A stretch of DNA of 64,000 bases from an uncultured Nitrospirota bacterium (GTDB lineage: Bacteria; Nitrospirota; Nitrospiria; Nitrospirales; UBA8639). Numbering within the stretch: the stretch's first letter is position 1; each line of letters begins with the position of its first letter. The translations under genes and the position numbers were made by a program. The stretch covers positions 7,864 through 71,863 of the forward strand of contig CAKZPV010000010.1 in NCBI GenBank assembly GCA_937139405.1, given 5' to 3'. Below are positions 60,434-64,000 of the stretch, piece by piece. Under the pieces are notes generated by a model, which saw only the letters and a program-made list of their open reading frames with translations, did no database searches and was not told the origin of the DNA.

Positions 60434-61420
60434 ATGTCAGACTCTGAACCATCGCCGACGGTACAAGACATTCCCTGGACTCAGGATGCGCTCACACGAC
60501 TTGAGCGGGCTCCTAGTTTCTTGAGAGGAATGGTCCGTCGGTTAGCCGATAAAAAAGCCAAAGAACTTGGCTTTGCCGAAATTACCGTTGATATTTTGGA
60601 TCAATTCAAAAGCCAAATGATGGGACAAATGGGTGGGGAGGCCGGAATGTCTCAGGCTGCCGATGATATGGCTGCCGGCAAGCTACCATGGACGGCCGAA
60701 GCAAGGAAACGACTAGAATCCATTCCCGAGTTCATGCGAAGTATGATTGCGAATATTGCCGAAGATGTAGCGAAAGAGCGTGGCCATATGGAGGTCAATG
60801 TTGAATTGTTTGAAAAGGTCGAAGCCTTAGGTGATCTGCAAGAGCAGATAGGTCTTCCCTTAGAATGGACAGAAGAAGCCTTGGCGCTTTTGCAGCAAAA
60901 AATAGAACATTCTCCTCCGATGGCGAAGGAATTCGTCGCCGATATGTTGAAGCATGATGCGGAGGATCTTGCCCGTGAACAAGGAATTACGTGCATGGAT
61001 GCTGAGTCTCTGCTTCGTCTGTGGGAAGCCCCTCAATCACAAGTGGCGTGGGCTGATGATGCATGGAAACGACTTCAAACCTCTCCAGATTTTGTCCGGA
61101 GCGGGATTCGAAAAGCAGCCGAACGTCGAGCGAGGAAGCTCGGACTGAAAGAAATTGATTCGGAACATCTGACGGTGTTTCGAAATGAAGCCATGATGAA
61201 AGCGGTCAAACGCATTCGAGCCTTTGGATATAAAGAACTCACGTTTGATGCCTTTGATGATGCGCTCGGCAAGGTCAAACGGCTCAAGGGTAATGACCAA
61301 GCTGAACACCGATTAGAAGAAATTCGGGATTATATGAAAACGAAGCCTGATGTTGGGGTGCTCGGTGAGGAACTGATGGGGCGCTTCCGAAGCTATTTAA
61401 AAGGGGAGGGGAAATTATAA
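60434..61420 (+). CDS. Protein of tandem PCP_red (BchB/ChlB C-terminal-like) domains
   Basis: Four repeats of W(T/A)xxA..(R)L...P.F.R....E..A...G..EI. Confidence 0.78.
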   Translation: MSDSEPSPTVQDIPWTQDALTRLERAPSFLRGMVRRLADKKAKELGFAEITVDILDQFKSQMMGQMGGEAGMSQAADDMAAGKLPWTAEARKRLESIPEFMRSMIANIAEDVAKERGHMEVNVELFEKVEALGDLQEQIGLPLEWTEEALALLQQKIEHSPPMAKEFVADMLKHDAEDLAREQGITCMDAESLLRLWEAPQSQVAWADDAWKRLQTSPDFVRSGIRKAAERRARKLGLKEIDSEHLTVFRNEAMMKAVKRIRAFGYKELTFDAFDDALGKVKRLKGNDQAEHRLEEIRDYMKTKPDVGVLGEELMGRFRSYLKGEGKL

Positions 61421-61445
61421 GAGCGGAAGCTCTCTGACATTGAAT

Positions 61446-61487
61446 TTTTTGCATTCTGCCATTTTTCTTTCTTTTTTCTTTTCTAAC
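61446..61487 (-). repeat. Degenerate heptamer run starting at the RNase H stop
   Basis: Minus strand reads gttagaa/aagaaaa/aagaaag/aaaaatg/gcagaat/gcaaaaa. Confidence 0.35.
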
Positions 61488-62097
61488 CCATAGCCCCTTT
61501 TTTCGCTAATTGATCAACAATTTCGTTTTCGGGAACTCCCGAATGCGCTTTAACCTTGCTCCAATGAATTCTAACGCCTGATGTGTTCACCGTTTGGGCA
61601 TATAATTGGGTAAAGGGCAATTTCGCTTGCCAGGCTCCTGTCGCCCAGCTTTCTAAGCCTTGATAATCAAAATAGAGTGTGACCTCTGCAATGCCTTGCT
61701 TCTGGCACCATTCCAGGGCTTTGAGAACCCCGAAAATTTCACCTGCCACGTTGCGATGGTTAGTGGCTTCAGGTGGGATGTCATTCCCATTCGCACGGTA
61801 GATTTCTTCACCATCTTGTTTGACAAGCAAGCCCCATCCAATACGAAGGGAGCCATCACTTTGGGGAAAACAGGATCCATCCACCCAAATCGCAGTGAAA
61901 GTGTCGGATGAGACGTCGGATGGGTTTGTTTGATTTTTCCGGGGTGGAGCAGTGGAAGAGACAAACGCAATAGCTTCTTCTCGTGTAGGGAAGGCTTTAT
62001 ATTCAGCGTTAGGGAATTTGAACACTTGTTTCCGGCAAGCGTCCCAACTATCAAATACTCCAGTGGCACGGCCTCGTCGGACTGCATAAAATTTCAT
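61483..62097 (-). CDS. rnhA: Ribonuclease HI with N-terminal hybrid-binding (viroplasmin/Cauli_VI) domain
   Basis: FYAVRRGR.TGVF.SW..C...V..F..A.YK.F.T.EEA; catalytic VDGS / GE / FDY / VKAHSG..ENE.VD. Confidence 0.9.
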   Translation of the reverse strand: MKFYAVRRGRATGVFDSWDACRKQVFKFPNAEYKAFPTREEAIAFVSSTAPPRKNQTNPSDVSSDTFTAIWVDGSCFPQSDGSLRIGWGLLVKQDGEEIYRANGNDIPPEATNHRNVAGEIFGVLKALEWCQKQGIAEVTLYFDYQGLESWATGAWQAKLPFTQLYAQTVNTSGVRIHWSKVKAHSGVPENEIVDQLAKKGAMG

Positions 62098-62153
62098 AGG
62101 CGATCACATAGAAGTGTTCTCATTCTCTAATTTTGTTTTTCAACAGAGTTCTT

Positions 62154-63335
62154 CTATTGTTGTAACGTCTTAATTTTTGATCTGGCAATAGCTACTTTTG
62201 ACGTTTCTTCTGGATTGTCTTCGGTCAACACGATAAATGTTTCGTATTCTTGAATGGCCCGTTTTGGGTTGATCAATTCAAAAATTTTAGCCAAATTGAA
62301 TCGGGCTTTCGCATATGCCGGTTGTAGGGCCAAGGCTTGTTCATAAGCCTGAATGCCTGCAGGAATTTTCTGAAGTTTCACGAGTACGGTGCCATAGCTG
62401 TTCAGAATATTTGCGGCATGAGGTTGGATTGCCAAAGCGGCTTCAATCGACGTTTGAGCTTCAGGTAATTTCTCAAGATGCGAAAAAGCGAGTCCCAGAC
62501 GATGGTGCGCTTCGGCAAGTTGCTTCGGCTCGGAGAGTCCATACAGAATTGTTTTTTTGTAGGCATCTCGGGCGATGTCAGGATGTTGCGTTCCGCAGGA
62601 GGCAAATAAAGAAATCTCACCTCTGGCAAATTGTTGTAACCCTAAAAAATCTTTGTTCGTCGATGAGGGTGTTGAGGCTGCAGCGGTCTTTGCATCATTT
62701 TGCGCAGTGGCACCCTTCAAATAGGAAAGAAATCTTGGGTGGTTTCCATCTAATAACGCTTCGTAAGGGTCGAGGACAAAAACCGCCATAATCAATTGGT
62801 CATCTTGTCCGGACCGATGGCGAATATAATATTGGTGAGTCGTGTTGGCTTCTCCGGTGCGGAACAACGTGGCTGAATCTGGAATCTGTCCTTCAAGAAG
62901 CTGAGAGGATGTGAGATAAAATTCACGAGCTGGGGGCAATTGCGACAGTGTTTTCCGAAGTGTGGGATAGTCATCGAGTGATAAGCCATCTGGAAAGACG
63001 GTGATGACACCAACGAGTGTTTCATCTGTATTGAAAACGACCCATTGCCCTTGTTTATTGGGTAAGGAAATTTCTTGAAAATGTTCGCTTCCATTCCCCC
63101 AGGCAGTTTTCTGGCTCTCTGCTTTTAACCAACTAGCTTGGGCCTCTGTTTTGGTCTGGCAAAGGTATGTTGGTCCTAATAAGTTGAGGTCACTTGCCGA
63201 TGGGGGCAAGGTGGATGGTGGTGGACCGCTTGAACAAAAAGTTAGTAGACAGAGGGAAAGAAGACTGGTGATGATTGCCCAGTAATGTGAGAAATTTTTT
63301 ACTGAGGCAAGTAGTTGGTTGGGAGCCGCTTGCAT
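62154..63335 (-). CDS. Exported TPR-repeat protein
   Basis: Hydrophobic N-terminus; C-terminal TPRs (AEAHHRLGLA, ILNSYGTVL, AYAKARFNLA). Confidence 0.82.
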   Translation of the reverse strand: MQAAPNQLLASVKNFSHYWAIITSLLSLCLLTFCSSGPPPSTLPPSASDLNLLGPTYLCQTKTEAQASWLKAESQKTAWGNGSEHFQEISLPNKQGQWVVFNTDETLVGVITVFPDGLSLDDYPTLRKTLSQLPPAREFYLTSSQLLEGQIPDSATLFRTGEANTTHQYYIRHRSGQDDQLIMAVFVLDPYEALLDGNHPRFLSYLKGATAQNDAKTAAASTPSSTNKDFLGLQQFARGEISLFASCGTQHPDIARDAYKKTILYGLSEPKQLAEAHHRLGLAFSHLEKLPEAQTSIEAALAIQPHAANILNSYGTVLVKLQKIPAGIQAYEQALALQPAYAKARFNLAKIFELINPKRAIQEYETFIVLTEDNPEETSKVAIARSKIKTLQQ

Positions 63336-63407
63336 CGCGAATAAGCTATGATTGATGATTCTTTTTTGAAAAAGAAAACGACGATGAAATAGAGGAATGA
63401 TGTAATA

Positions 63408-63482
63408 TGGTGGGCGATACTGGGATCGAACCAGTGGCCTCTGCCGTGTGAAGGCAGCGCTCTCCCACTGAGCTAATCGCCC
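63408..63482 (-). tRNA. tRNA-Val(CAC)
   Basis: Reverse complement GGGCGATTAGCTCAGTGGGAGAGCGCTGCCTTCACACGGCAGAGGCCACTGGTTCGATCCCAGTATCGCCCACCA; cloverleaf, anticodon CAC, encoded CCA. Confidence 0.97.
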
Positions 63483-63502
63483 AAAGGCGTCAATGTATCA
63501 TG

Positions 63503-63536
63503 AGAATGTTGAAAAAAGCCACCAGCGGCGTTCTCG
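63503..63536 (+). repeat. Probable truncated copy of a Nitrospira-type dispersed repeat
   Basis: agaatgttgaaaaaagccaccagcggcgttctcg resembles, from recollection, the left end of a dispersed Nitrospira element (..ATGTTGAAAAAGTCCGCCAGCGGCGTTCTCG..). Confidence 0.5.
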
Positions 63537-63568
63537 GGCACTGGTAACGTTTGTCTGACTGATTGTCG

Positions 63569-63757
63569 TTATTTTCTTGGAGGACGAGGCCCCAACGCCT
63601 TCTTTCCTTCCACTAAAAACGCCACAAAATCTTTTGCGCCATTATATGCTCGGCCAAGATTTTCGTGGCCTTCATCATAGACGTTCTGTTCGACAAGAGC
63701 CCTTTTGAAATCTTGTAAAGCACTATCTAGTAATTTTTGAATTGGATGATCTCTCAT
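63569..63757 (-). CDS. Small hypothetical protein (62 aa)
   Basis: ATG at 63757 preceded by a GAGGGGG RBS; amphipathic helical sequence MRDHPIQKLLDSALQDFKRAL... Confidence 0.6.
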   Translation of the reverse strand: MRDHPIQKLLDSALQDFKRALVEQNVYDEGHENLGRAYNGAKDFVAFLVEGKKALGPRPPRK

Positions 63758-63814
63758 ATGCCCCCCCCTCAATACGTTTGATTTATTTCGTGAAAAATAG
63801 CAATATAGATAATT

Positions 63815-64000
63815 ATGAGCCAAACCAAAATGCATATCTTTTATGATGGGCAAGCAGTTCAGGAGGGCACAATGGATGTCCGAGATTTGGCTCCCGCTCT
63901 TTATTCCATTGGGGAACTTTGCCAGAGGGCTAATAAGATTGCAAATGGAGAAGAGTCAGAGGTTTCCGTTCGAGTAAAGGCTGAATTTCAGCCGGGCTCT
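63815..64000 (+). CDS. Hypothetical protein, 3'-truncated by the window edge
   Basis: MSQTKMHIFYDGQAVQEGTMDVRDLAPALYSIGELCQRANKIANGEESEVSVRVKAEFQPGS is open to the end; not in the supplied ORF track. Confidence 0.7.
   Translation, partial: MSQTKMHIFYDGQAVQEGTMDVRDLAPALYSIGELCQRANKIANGEESEVSVRVKAEFQPGS

Noticed and set aside
331-62791. Numerous short ORFs in the track that are antisense to or nested in recognised genes (e.g. 1583-2074, 2791-3318, 11379-11891, 36418-36918, 61653-62087)
   Set aside because: Shadow frames of well-conserved genes, with no recognisable motifs or RBS.
63758-63853. Extended N-terminus of the 63569-63853 ORF
   Set aside because: The RBS supports ATG 63757, and the extension overlaps the divergent ORF starting at 63815.

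Overview
A mostly core-genome window, nearly all on the + strand, from a Nitrospirota (Nitrospiraceae-like) bacterium; the taxonomy is inferred from gene order and protein style. In order it contains: the dcw cluster (ftsI-murE-murF-mraY-murD-ftsW-murG-murC-murB-ddl-ftsQ-ftsA-ftsZ-pgeF-yggS-yggT-divIVA-serine hydrolase); an AT-richer accessory insert (CsgG/HfaB-like lipoprotein plus an exported caspase-family protease); pgsA-like gene-pilB-pilT-pilC; ispE-prs-rplY-pth-rpsF-ssb-rpsR-yceD-rpmF-plsX-fab cluster-rnc-ppi; three minus-strand genes; folD-panB; a gene remnant; a hybrid histidine kinase; the pheA-hisC-aroF-tyrA-aroA-cmk-plsC-rpsA-sppA-ihfB superoperon; a tandem PCP_red-domain protein; RNase H1; a TPR protein; tRNA-Val(CAC); and the apparent edge of another accessory region. 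Main oddities: (1) the CsgG-like lipoprotein and exported caspase module; (2) dispersed, degenerate period-7 inverted-repeat elements that overlap stop codons and in one case lie in frame inside a receiver domain; (3) cmk has no in-frame ATG/GTG/TTG upstream of its P-loop; (4) a start-less gene remnant bracketed by heptamer arrays. No rRNA, CRISPR array, integrase or transposase was seen. All protein assignments come from motif recognition by eye; no database searches were run.
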